This document shows positions 26,998-37,900 of a DNA stretch of 64,000 nucleotides, in pieces (within the stretch, counting starts at the first letter, position 1; the number at the start of each line of letters is the position of its first letter). Made by a program: the position numbers and the translations under genes. A model generated the notes under the pieces. That model was not told the origin of the DNA and made no database searches. It saw only the letters and a program-made list of their open reading frames with translations. This stretch comes from Felis catus (lineage: Eukaryota), in assembly GCF_018350175.1 (NCBI RefSeq), contig NC_058384.1:38006001-38070000 (forward strand). The letters run 5' to 3'.

Positions 26998-27224
26998 GGG
27001 GCGCCTGGGTGGCGCAGTCGGTTAAGCGTCCGACTTCAGCCAGGTCACGATCTCGCAGTCCGTGAGTTCGAGCCCCGCATCGGGCTCTGGGCTGATGGCT
27101 CGGAGCCTGGAGCCTGTTTCGGATTCTGTGTCTCCCACTCTCTCTGCCCCTCCCCCGTTCATGCTCTGTCTCTCTCTGTCCCAAAAATAAATAAAAAACG
27201 TTGAAAAAAAAATTAAAAAAAAAA
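26998..27224 (+). mobile_element. Very young SINEC_Fc
   Basis: CpG-rich body, intact A box (tggcgcagtcgg) and B box (gagttcgagcc), long A tail, perfect 18-bp TSD aaaagcagaattgctgga (26980-26997, 27225-27242). Confidence 0.97.
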
Positions 27225-27650
27225 AAAAGCAGAATTGCTGGATCATATAGTAATTCTATGCTTAACCTTTTTGAGGAATTAGCCAAACCATTTTCCATAG
27301 CAACTGCACCATTTTACATTCCCATCAATAATGTACAAGGGTTCTAATTTCTCCACATTCTCATCAATACATGTTATTTTCCATTTTCTAAAAAATAGCC
27401 ATCCTAATCATTGTGAAGTGGTATCTCATCATGGTTTTAATTTGAATTTTTCTAATGACTACTCATTTTTCATGCATATTGAAAAATGAAAATACGCTTA
27501 CTATGAAAATAAGCATATTTTCATGTGCTTATTAGCCATTCATATATCTTCTCTCAATCTATCTATATATCAATATATATATTGATATAACAATTTATAT
27601 ATATATATATATATCAATATATCTTCTACTCAATCCCTGAGCACATTTTT

Positions 27651-28145
27651 TTTATTCTGGATATACACTGATGTATTTTATTTATTTTTTTTCAATATAT
27701 GAAGTTTATTGTCAAATTGGTTTCCATACAACACCCAGTGCTCATCCCAAAAGGTGCACTCCTCAATACCCATCACCCACCCTCCCCTCCCTCCCACCCC
27801 CCATCAACCCTCAGTTTGTTCTCAGTTTTTAACAGTCTCTTATGCTTTGGCTGTCTTCCACTCTAACCTCTTTTTCTTTTTTTCCTTCCTCTCCCCCATG
27901 GGTTTCTGTTAAGTTTCTCAGGATCCACATAAGAGTGAAACCATATGGTATCTGTCCTTTTCTGTATGGCTTATTTCACTTAGCATAACACTCTCCAGTT
28001 CCATCCATGTTGCTACAAAAGGCCATATTTCATTCTTTCTCATTGCCACGTAGTACTCCATTGTGTATATAAACCACAATTTCTTTATCCATTCATCAGT
28101 TGATGGACATTTAGGCTCTTTCCATAATTTGGCTATTGTTGACAG
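27651..28145 (-). mobile_element. Young 5'-truncated felid L1 (L1_Fc-type)
   Basis: Open ORF2 C-terminus LSTIAKLWKEPKCPSTDEWIKKLWFIYTMEYY..WMELESVMLSEISHTEKDRYHMVSLLCGS*, felid-type 3' UTR, perfect 15-bp TSD cctgagcacattttt (27636-27650, 28146-28160). Confidence 0.96.
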
Positions 28146-28837
28146 CCTGAGCACATTTTTAAATTGTGTTGTTTATTTTTTCTTGTTATTGAGTTATAGA
28201 CATTCTTTATATATTCTGGATAATCCTCATCTGATATGTGACTTGAAAATATTTTCTGCCCATTCTGTCAGTTGTCTGTTCAGTTGATCATGTCCCTTGA
28301 TGTACAAAAGTATTTTAGTTTGATGAATTCCAACTTATCTATTTTATATATCATTATCTGTGCTTTTGGTATCATCAAGAATTCAACACTGAATCCAATA
28401 TCATGAAGATTTTCCACTATGTTTTGTTCTAAGAGTTTTGTAATGTTAGGTCTTATGTGTAGATCTTTTGTCCATTCTGAGTTAAATTTTGCATATGGTG
28501 CAAAATAAGGATCTAACTTAATTCTTTGCATGTAGATATCCAGTTTCTCAGCACCATTTGTTGAAAAGACTGTCCTTTCCCCATGGAATAGACCTAGGAT
28601 CCTTGCTGAAAATCAACTGACCACATATGAAAGGGTTTAATTCTGGGTTCTGAATTCTATTGCATTGATCAATATGTCTGTCTTTATGTCAGTACCATAC
28701 TGTTTTGATTCCTGCAGCTTTGTAATGAGTTTTGATATAAGGAAGATAAGTTCCCCAAATTTATTCTTCAAAATTGTTTTGGTGATTTGGGTCCATTAAG
28801 ATTCCATATGAATTTTAGGCTAGGTTTTTCTATTTCT

Positions 28838-28918
28838 AAAAAAAAAACAAAAAACAAAAAACAAACAACAACAACAACAACAACAAAACAAAAAACAAAC
28901 AAACAAACAAAAAAACAA
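28838..28918. repeat. A-rich (CAA)n/(AAAC)n compound microsatellite inside L1
   Basis: Direct reading. Confidence 0.9.
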
Positions 28919-29276
28919 CCTGTCATTGGGACTTTGATACAGATTGCACAGAATCTACTGATCACTTTGGGTAGCACTGTTATCTTAACAACATTAANNN
29001 NNNNNNNNNNNNNNNNNNNNNNNNNNNNNNNNNNNNNNNNNNNNNNNNNNNNNNNNNNNNNNNNNNNNNNNNNNNNNNNNNNNNNNNNNNNNNNNNNNNN
29101 NNNNNNNNNNNNNNNNNNNNNNNNNNNNNNNNNNNNNNNNNNNNNNNNNNNNNNNNNGGTTACATTTATTGGTAGTTTTGATTCTTCTTTATTTTCAACA
29201 AAACACTGAGTTATAATTTTAGTACTGATGCTATTCCACTGTGTGGGAATTGTGGGTATTGTTCTTTGTGACTCTT

Positions 29277-29481
29277 TTCTTTTTAAATATTTATTTATTT
29301 ATTTTGAGAGAGAGTGCAAGAGGGGTAAGGGTCAGAGAGAGACAGAGAGAGAAATCCCAAGCAGGTCCCACACTGTCAGCACACAGCCTGACATGGGGTT
29401 CAAATTCACAAACAGTGAAATCATGACCTGCACCCAAATCAAGAGTCGGACGCTTAATTGAATGAGCCATGCAGGTGCCTT
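29277..29481 (-). mobile_element. CanSINE
   Basis: Reverse SINEC body; TSD tgttc(t/c)ttgtgactctt at 29260-29276 and 29483-29499. Confidence 0.93.
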
Positions 29482-29499
29482 GTGTTCCTTGTGACTCTT

Positions 29500-30730
29500 A
29501 CCATACATTTAGTGAATCTTTTTTTCCCATTTTTAAATCTACCACTTCCTTCCAGTTTTTAGTAATTAAAACAAGTTATGCTCTAACACATCTCTTATTT
29601 ATTTTCAGGCATACTCAATGGTGTTTACTTTCTCTGATGCTCCTTTTTATTTAGTATCCATTACCAAAATGATCTTTTTCTTTATTTCCAATTATTTCCA
29701 ACATCCCGTTAGCTTTCTTTTTAAATCTCCTTTTTCTCCAATCATCTATGAGTTTTCTAATTTCCATTGATGCTATTATTTTATATTTCTATCAGTTTCT
29801 TAATTTTTAGTACATTTTATAATATTAGTTAAACTTTTTAAACATTATGGCCATCTTTTTCTCTATATATGTTTATCTATATATTTCTCTCTATTATATA
29901 TAATTATTTTATATATATTATATTTATATATATTATATATAATATATATAATATATATAATTATAAAGAAGATTTGACCACAGAAATTTTCCACTATTCA
30001 TAGATAACTGGGATGAGCTTTCCTGTATTTGTAGGAAGGGAGAGTTGACAATTTCAGCTCAAACAACTGCATGGTGCTACTGAACCTTCCTTCTAATGCT
30101 TATATTTCTCAGAGATGTTAAAAATATAATTGCATACTTTCTGCAGTCTGCTGGCTCTCTTCCCCTCTTCCCTTATATCGGGGCCAACTCTCCTTTGCCT
30201 ATATTGTCCTTATCCTAATAGATGTGTCTTCTGGTTCTAGTAGTTTCACCTCCACACAGGGCTTTCACCTTGAAGCGACAGATCCTACCAAGTTAATTTC
30301 AAGAGCTCATATAACCCAGCCCCTTCCAGCACCATCCAAACTTAACCACAATCCCTTGTAGTCACCTGCTAATTTGAGCCTGCAAAACTCCATCCCAATT
30401 TTAACTGCTCTTCTCTTAGTGGCTCCTTTAGAATTCCAATAAGTACTCATTGACTCATTTGGTGCTCTCTAACAATCAAGGCCATCTGAAGTCCCTCTTT
30501 GCCTTATCGCTGCTTCACTCTGCACCCAGTTGTTAATATGTGGGTCTTTTTGCCGTCAATGGTTTATCCCCTGCATTTGTATTTTAAGGTTTGTAGGATA
30601 CCGTATTTTTGTTTCAGATTTGTGGTACGTTTTCCAAGTGCTTTTGTTTTGCTATCCTATTTTAGTAGCTCTGTTTATTTTAATGGGGATATTTCAAAGG
30701 ATACATAAACACTGCTCTTGCCATCTTGCT
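29500..30730 (-). mobile_element. Ancient L1ME/HAL1-like 5' region, probably continuous with the fragment at ~26150-26310
   Basis: T-rich decayed body ending in gccatcttg, the reverse complement of the caagatggc L1 start; 26200-26310 (tctctgagttcttgcatgctcaaaatagtttt) resembles old L1 ORF1 antisense. Confidence 0.45.
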
Positions 30731-30904
30731 CTAATCTGCAAATTAGTTTTTAAAGAAACATTTTAACTTTTTGTCATTTATATAGGTCAATGAAAGATAT
30801 ACAAAAACAGCATTTAGAAAGCTTTGAAAGAGCTGTTATGTTGTGGAGGTATTGTATTCCACGGTCCTTTCTTCTTTTCTTAGTTGTATTATAAAATACA
30901 GGAT

Positions 30905-31092
30905 GGGGCACCTGGGTGGCTCAGTTGGTTAAGCATCCAACTTCTGGTTCAGGTCATGACCCTGGGGTTCAGTTCATGAGTTCGAGCCCCTCATCAGGTT
31001 CTGTGCTGACAGTTCAGAGCCTGGAGCCTGCTTCAGATTCTGTGTCTCCTTCTCTCTCCGCACCTCCCTCGCTCACTCTCTCTCTCTCTTTC
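30905..31092 (+). mobile_element. CanSINE lacking its A tail
   Basis: ggggcacctgggtggctcagttggttaagcatcc head, B box gagttcgagcc; the CT tract runs directly into T-rich unique sequence. Confidence 0.92.
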
Positions 31093-31691
31093 TCTTTTCT
31101 CTTTTTTCCCTCTTTGCACTGCTTTTATACTTTGAATGTCTTTTTGTATACATAAACTACTTGAGGGAAATCACCCTGTCTCATGTTTGTACACCCCATA
31201 AGCATAATGCCTACAATGAATAAAGGTATATAAATGTTTCCTGTTATTGATAATAATGGTGTGGCTGTCTGTTATGCATACTCAATTTTAATTATTCCAA
31301 CGTGAAGATTTTTAAAGTTCCTTTTTGTGCAATACAGAGGAAAACTATGATAAAATTATTATTTTGAGTTGAACAGAATAGGAAAAAATGGTAGAATTTA
31401 CCTAAATCTCAACTTTCTTGAATTATTGGGTGTACCATATTTTTCAAATTGAGAAATTTAGCCTTTTTTTTCACAAGTGAAACAGAAAATAAGTTGTCTA
31501 CTCTAATACCTAAAACAGCTAATTAAGTCCAACTTCTCCTTGGGATCCTGTTTTATTCACTGACCCATAAGCTTATGCTGATAATGAATGCAAGGTGACT
31601 ATTTCACATATGCCATTTAAAAATATTTATGTTGAATGTATAATAAAAAATAATCTTCAATGCAGCTGTATTAGAAAACTCTCAGTTCTTT

Positions 31692-31897
31692 GGGCCCCCA
31701 GTTGGTTCAGTCAGTTAAGTGTCCAACTTTTGATCTTGGCTCAGGTTATGCTCTCACAGTTCGTGAGTTCAAGCCCCAAGTTGGGCTCTGTGCTGACAGT
31801 GCAGAGCCCACTTGGGATTCTCTATCTCCCTTTCTCTCTTCACCTCCCCAGCTCATGCTTGCTCTCACTCTCTCTCTCTCTCAAAATAAATAAACTG
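31692..31897 (+). mobile_element. CanSINE
   Basis: SINEC body; degenerate TSD agaaaactctcagttctt / agaaaactcccaattctt. Confidence 0.92.
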
Positions 31898-33587
31898 AGA
31901 AAACTCCCAATTCTTAAGTCAGCACTCAGAACAAAAAAGGAAGAAAAATTGAGCAGCATTTAAAGTACACGTACAACTCCAGACACTGTAATAGGTATTA
32001 ATTACATTTACTATATTTCATGTAGATGTGGATAAACTTGGTAACATGAGAAAAAGGAAGAGAGGTCCAGAGACCTAGTTGTTGGGCTTTGCTGTGCTAC
32101 TAAGTTGTGTTGCTCCAAGCTATTCATTGAAATTGCTAAATGACTCAGTTATTCTTAGAAAGATATTTGCTTCAACATACAACTGCATCCCCAAGTTGTT
32201 ATGAAATGGTTAACCAACATTCAAGCACTTCCTACTTTGATAGGAACTTCCAAATTGTGTTCAGGCAGGTTTCCACACTGGAAACAAAATGGAATCAGAT
32301 GATTCTCTCTATTCTCTGTCAATTAACGGACAGGTATGTGGCTTAGGATCTTGATCAAACATACCTCTGAATCTTAAGGGAAGGCTGTAGATGAAGAGAC
32401 ACCCAAATTGTATTTGTGGGACAATGGTGAATTGGAAGAAATAAGGCAGTAATAGTCCAGTGGTGACATCTGCTGATTTCTTGGCTGCCTAGCCTCAATT
32501 ATTTCTAATACAAATTTCTGTAATGTGTTTCCTTGCCTTTCCATTGGTTCTGTGAGCTAATATAAATCATATCAATGTATTTTCTTTTACGACTTCCCAT
32601 AAGCAGCATTGGTTTTTGCCATTTGCAACCAAGAACCTCGGTATGGAAAACAAAACACTGTGGCATTCAACTCAGAATTGAATTTGATAGAACTAACCAT
32701 TTAAATGAAAAGTTACAATATATCAAGAGTTAAGAGTCTAATATCTAAAAAAAATGAATGTAGATTACTTTCAGATGTTTGCATTCTTATTTAACGATAA
32801 TGATATATTACCAAGTACCAACTTATTTTTTCAAATATTTTCACAAAATCAATGTCAACCAGCAAGCTACTAAGACACGTAGATCTTAGCACATACAATA
32901 TATGTAGCTTCTTAATTTTTAAAGAAAATCTAAAAACAACAAAATGTCATTCAGATACAAAATCTCATTTCCCAAAACCAAGTTCTAGCACTTAGTAGAT
33001 TGTAACTTTAGAAAAATAGCTTATCAGCCCTAAAACTTAATTTTCCTGATCATTAAAGGGGACGTACTAATAATTTAATATTGACAATGATAATACCTAT
33101 TATGAATATTAAATATGAATTTGAAAATCAAAGTCTAAAAAGTAGAAAGTCACTAAAAACAATGATAGTGATGATGATTTTCCAAAGCAGTTGTGACTTT
33201 TTTTATACTAAGAATGGACTCACAACCTGGCTTTGAAATTAATAGCTGAACATAACCTCTTAGCCTCTGGAGTTCATCACTCCAAAGTCCCCAATATACA
33301 TCCCCTCTGCTCTAATTTGCACTTCTTTTCTCCAAAAGAAACTTCATTTTATTTCTGTTTATAAACCCTCAAAAGATCAGTCCTCACATACTCTTATTAA
33401 GATACAGTCCCTTCCCCCAATACAAGCACAAAACATCGATTTCCTCCTAGAACTGAAATGAACACCTTGTTCCCAACTATGTACATCCTCAGCCTTGACC
33501 CTTCCTCTCCATCTGCCTGTATATCCATCTTTTCTGTGAACTTCACCACCTTTGGCAAAAGGCAGTTCCCCAAGGTCATTTGGCTTA

Positions 33588-34945
33588 CTTTTTTTTTAGT
33601 TATTTATTTTCTATGGGTCCCATCTGTAGGACCCTTCCTGACTTACATATGCAGCCAGAATACCTGTCCTAATTTCACAGCAATTCTGCCTAGCTTCCTG
33701 TGCCTACTTCCTGGTTCTATCCCATGGCCACTCTAGAACCTACCAATAACAACTTGCAAGAAACCACTGCTTTGAAATTCAAGAGACCAGCTTTCCAAGC
33801 CCAGCCCTGCTCCCTGAATTCTCTGTGGCTCATTCCTCAGCTATTCCTTGAGGGATGTAGATGTTACAATTTTAGATTCTGAAAAAGGGAAGCAGAACCA
33901 AATTCAGAAATGGGCAGGAGAAGGGGCAAGGATAAACCAGAGAGAGAGGACAGAGAAAGAGAATTTGAAACAAAGCTAGTGGCAGGGGCCTGACGGAGGG
34001 ATCCCTCCCACCTCATCTCCAAAACAAGTGAGCCAGATCTGAAGTCAGCTCCTCCTACAACCCAAAGCCCTGACCCTCTAAGCTGTTACATGTCCTCTGG
34101 TGTCAAGCCTTGCACACTCGATCCTTGACTTACTGTACGTTCCACTTCACCAACTCAGCCCTGTCCCTCAGCTCCTGACTCCAGTCCACGGCACTCGCAC
34201 TCTCTGCCTGCTTCCTCTGTCCTGGTCTCTCTTCTTTTGCTTGTGGAACCCTCCGGGCTGTGGCAGGATTAGGGTAGGGGGCGAGATGAGAGGGCAGAGG
34301 TGGAGACAAGGGTGGGAACAGGGGCATCAACCTTGTATCCCCCTGCTCCTGCCTGGCATCGCTGCCTCAGCTAGTCGAGGGTCTCCAAGGCCTGCAGGGG
34401 GCCGGGCTCGGTTAAAGGTGAAGAGGCAGAAGGGGATTGCAGGTGGCGGTGGTAGTGGGGGAAGGGGTAGTGGAAGGAATGGGACACCCTGGAAGCAGTC
34501 TTCCACCCGCTCCAGCTCCTTCTCGAGGAAGGTCGTGGCTGCCACATCTGGCTAGGGCCAGGAAAGGGGCGGGGGGGGGGGGTCATACCCGAGGGCACGG
34601 GGCGGAACTCCATGGGGAAGCGGGCAGTAAAGTAGGCCACCCAGTAGGAGCAGCTGAGCAGCCACCATCTGCGGGGTCGGGGAGGCTTTCCTCATGCTCG
34701 CCCCGGAAGCCCGTTCTCCCTGGGGTTGCCCAAGGGCTGTGTGGGGCCGGGAGGGGCAGTACTGGAGACAGCACAGCCCACTGGCTGGGAGCAGGGTCTT
34801 CTGCTCCCAGCCTCAAGGTCCCCAGAAATGACACCGCTGCAAACAGGAGCCGGGTACCGGAACTGGGAGAAGGCTCTGGAGATTGCTTCAGAAAGTGGAG
34901 GACAATGCAGCAGCAGAAAGGAGAGGAAGTGACAGCCTGGCCTTC
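33588..34945 (-). pseudogene. Probable retroposed, decayed gene copy; parent gene not identified
   Basis: Abrupt GC/CpG-rich island in AT-rich DNA; minus frame MRKASPTPQMVAAQLLLLGGLL..LSWP*PDVAATTFLEKELERVEDCFQGVPFLPLPLPPLPPPP with one in-frame TAG; UTR-like tail; minus-strand AATAAA (~33602-33607) followed by an A-rich run (33588-33597). Left boundary may extend to ~33198. Confidence 0.55.
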
Positions 34946-37900
34946 CCTTACATATAGTTATACATATATATGCATATACATGTACATTTTTAAAGTTAAT
35001 TAGAAAATAGTTACAGTGATATAATCTAGAGTTTCTAACTGGTCCAATTCTGGACAAATAGTGAATTGATGAGATTTGCTTTAAGTGCCTGGAACTTCTA
35101 ACCATGCTAAATCTTCATATTTTTTATAACCCCCTGTAAAATCCTATTCGTATGTGCTTTGGCATCCAGGATCAGTTACTGGCATCAGCTCAAATTAATG
35201 GACATCTTTCCATTAGAATTTCTAGGTGAATATATTTGTATTCCCAGCAAAGTTCCTGGTTTTCATTGAATGAGCAAATGGAGGAATAAAAGTATAAGTG
35301 AAAAATAAATGACTGGAAGACAGGCATAGAGGAAAAAGAAACAAAGAAAATGAATAGAAAGAAAGACAAAGTAAGGGGGAAAATAAAGGGAGAGTCTAAC
35401 ATTGAGCTTGCTGGCATTAACCATTGAGTGAAGCAAGTCATGGGGGTCGATATTGATGTCCTCAAATATCTAGTGAAATTATACCATATGCATGACCACT
35501 GATAGTGTTGATGGTTAAGTCATGCATAAGAATAATATACTACTTTATAATAAGGTATGCAATGAGTAGTCCCATGGTTTTAGCTGTTTCATTTTTTTTT
35601 TTTTTTGGTGTGTAAGGTAACTTTCTGCATGATACTGTAAAACAAGTCATCACCTAAAATTAGATGGCAGTATCATTGATGCTGTTGTATTTATGTACAT
35701 ATACCATCTATGTATCGTACATAAATACAATAGGAAGCAAATGGTTGAATTTAATAAGGGAACTAGACATTTTGCAACAGTTGAAAGTCATTATTAGAAG
35801 TCATTAGAATTCAAGGGGGGAAAATCTCCTTTACTTAATTCCATCAGTAAGAAAAAAATTCTGAATGTAGAAACATTTTCTGAAACTACATGTATGTGAT
35901 CATTAATAATAACAGTGGGATATAGAAGTATCCTTTTATCCACTTCATAGTGCAGATGACTAAATAACAAAGCCAACTAAACAGTATGGAAACTTTTCTT
36001 CTGCTGTCTGACTTAAATTCATCTAAAGACTTGTGTAGACTGGAAAAGCTATTCTTTGTTGTTGTTGTTGTTTGTTTGTTTGTTTTAAAGCTTTCCTCCT
36101 CATGTCTTATTCAACATACATTTTAAGGACAGCTGGAGAAGCCTATAATGAGCTACATTAATAACTGAAGAGGAAGAATGATGGGCATCCTGAAAGGGAG
36201 GGGGAGAGAAAAATATGAGAATATGCAGATGTTTGTGTATAGCCATGAGTGAATTAGTAATGAGTGTAAGATCAGAGATGAAGATATGTTGAAAAGGATG
36301 TGAATGTGACTTTTAGCACCATAGCAACATCTGACATCCTGGGACTCCACTGCCTTGAAGCTACCCAGCACATCAATTCAATTACTCCACCTGGAGAAGA
36401 ATGCGAGGGAAAATGCACTCAAATTTACTCTTTTTTTTTTTTTATTATTTCTAGGAGAATTTTGGTCAATTCTGTTTTTATTTGAAGCCTGTTTTTATTT
36501 GAAATTTCAGCCAATCTAGAAGTCAGTGTTTCATTATCTAAGAGGGCAGACATAGATGGTAAAATAATTTGAAAGGAAAATGAATTTAATTTTCCATGGA
36601 AATTGGGATGGGAGGGCATTAGTGTAAGAATTTCTTTTAGGTTTTCCACTCTAAATCAATATTTAATAAGAAAATGATGATTCCTTGTTAAGTGATATGA
36701 AAATTTACACAAAAATTAGACTTTTATAAAATTATCTTAAAAGATTTTCAACAAGTAAGCTTTGATAAAGCATGTTATTTTCTATGATTTTTAATATTTT
36801 ACTTTCAACATTGCTATTTTCTGTAATGTATTTGTACCCTCAAATCCAATAATATCCATCCTGATTTTATCTATTCTACCTTAAATTATATTCCTTTCCA
36901 GTGCTCTATTTTTTTTTTTTTTAATCCCAGGTATTTCTTGGTTCAGTAAGATTTTGCCTATGTCAGGACATTGATCTCCTGGTGCTCATTTAAGTCTCAT
37001 AACTTACAGACCAGAGGTGAGCAGAGTTGGAAATAGATTAAAATATTTATTTAAATGTATCTTTTTGTGAGTAGAACATCAAATTACCATATTAAAAAAA
37101 TCTATTTCAACTGTACCTTTAGGCATTTTGCAGAGCTAAAGCGTAGGAGGAAGTGTTGTGCAAAGTGTATCAGCTTATGTATCCAAGAAATGCCAATTTT
37201 AAGTTCATAGCACGCTGTAAGAGATGTGCTTTGTTTATGTCCCTAACTGAATTAATCACTAATTATATCCACTACAAATGCAAGAGTGTATTTAGAACGG
37301 AAAAGCTCTGATTGATATCCCTTTGTTCTGGTTCATTAAGGAGGATAAAGTAATACACTGAGACCAAATGAAAAAAAAAATCTAAGAGGAAGCTCAGAAA
37401 GCAAACATTATCAATGACTGAAGAACACATGAAAGAACATGACGTGGCAGAGAATAATAGGCAGATACTGGGATAATAAAATAGATCTGGAAATTTACCT
37501 ATGAACTGTTATCTGGGGCTTTCTGAAGGACCTTCATCTTGCCCTCTAAGGCAGTCAGTCAGCTTCTAACCTGTTCCTGCACATTATATAAAATCACTCT
37601 CAAATCTTGAGCAAAGACAACATGTGATACACAGTTATCACCTGGCTATCTACCTCCAAGACTCCTTTTTTCATAGCTTTACTAAACACACTGGAGCATT
37701 ATGACATTCTGGTTGAATTCCAATCGTTTATAATAATATACCAGATTCACAAAACCTACTTATAAGAGGGAAGAATCTTGCTATTTCCTGAAAATGAAGA
37801 AAAGTCAGGATAATTTAGTGTCAAATATGAAAGCAATCACAATTAAGTAGGCATTATTCTTGAGGAGGATGTCTAACATGTGGTGGCTGGCCTGCCTACA

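Larger units (their letters stand above)
26445..28997 (-). mobile_element. L1 (L1MB-like) 3' UTR and ORF2 C-terminus, hosting a young SINE and a young L1
   Basis: Minus-strand peptides MQRIKLDPYFAPYAKFNSEWTKDLHIRP and MLPKVISRFCAICIKVP are L1 ORF2; 3' UTR caagtacattcacatttttgtacaac; the 5' end lies in the N run. Confidence 0.92.

Noticed and set aside
26998-27080. tRNA-like A and B boxes in SINE heads
   Set aside because: They are the tRNA-derived heads of CanSINEs followed by CT tracts and A tails, not tRNA genes.
27918-28154. Intact 78-aa ORF resembling a real protein
   Set aside because: It is the C-terminus of L1 ORF2p in a 5'-truncated insertion, not a host gene.
34437-35003. 188-aa plus-strand ORF, the longest in the window, and the 151-aa ORF at 34100-34555
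   Set aside because: Non-ATG starts, expected stop scarcity in GC-rich DNA, no recognisable domain; more likely the antisense shadow of the minus-strand insert.
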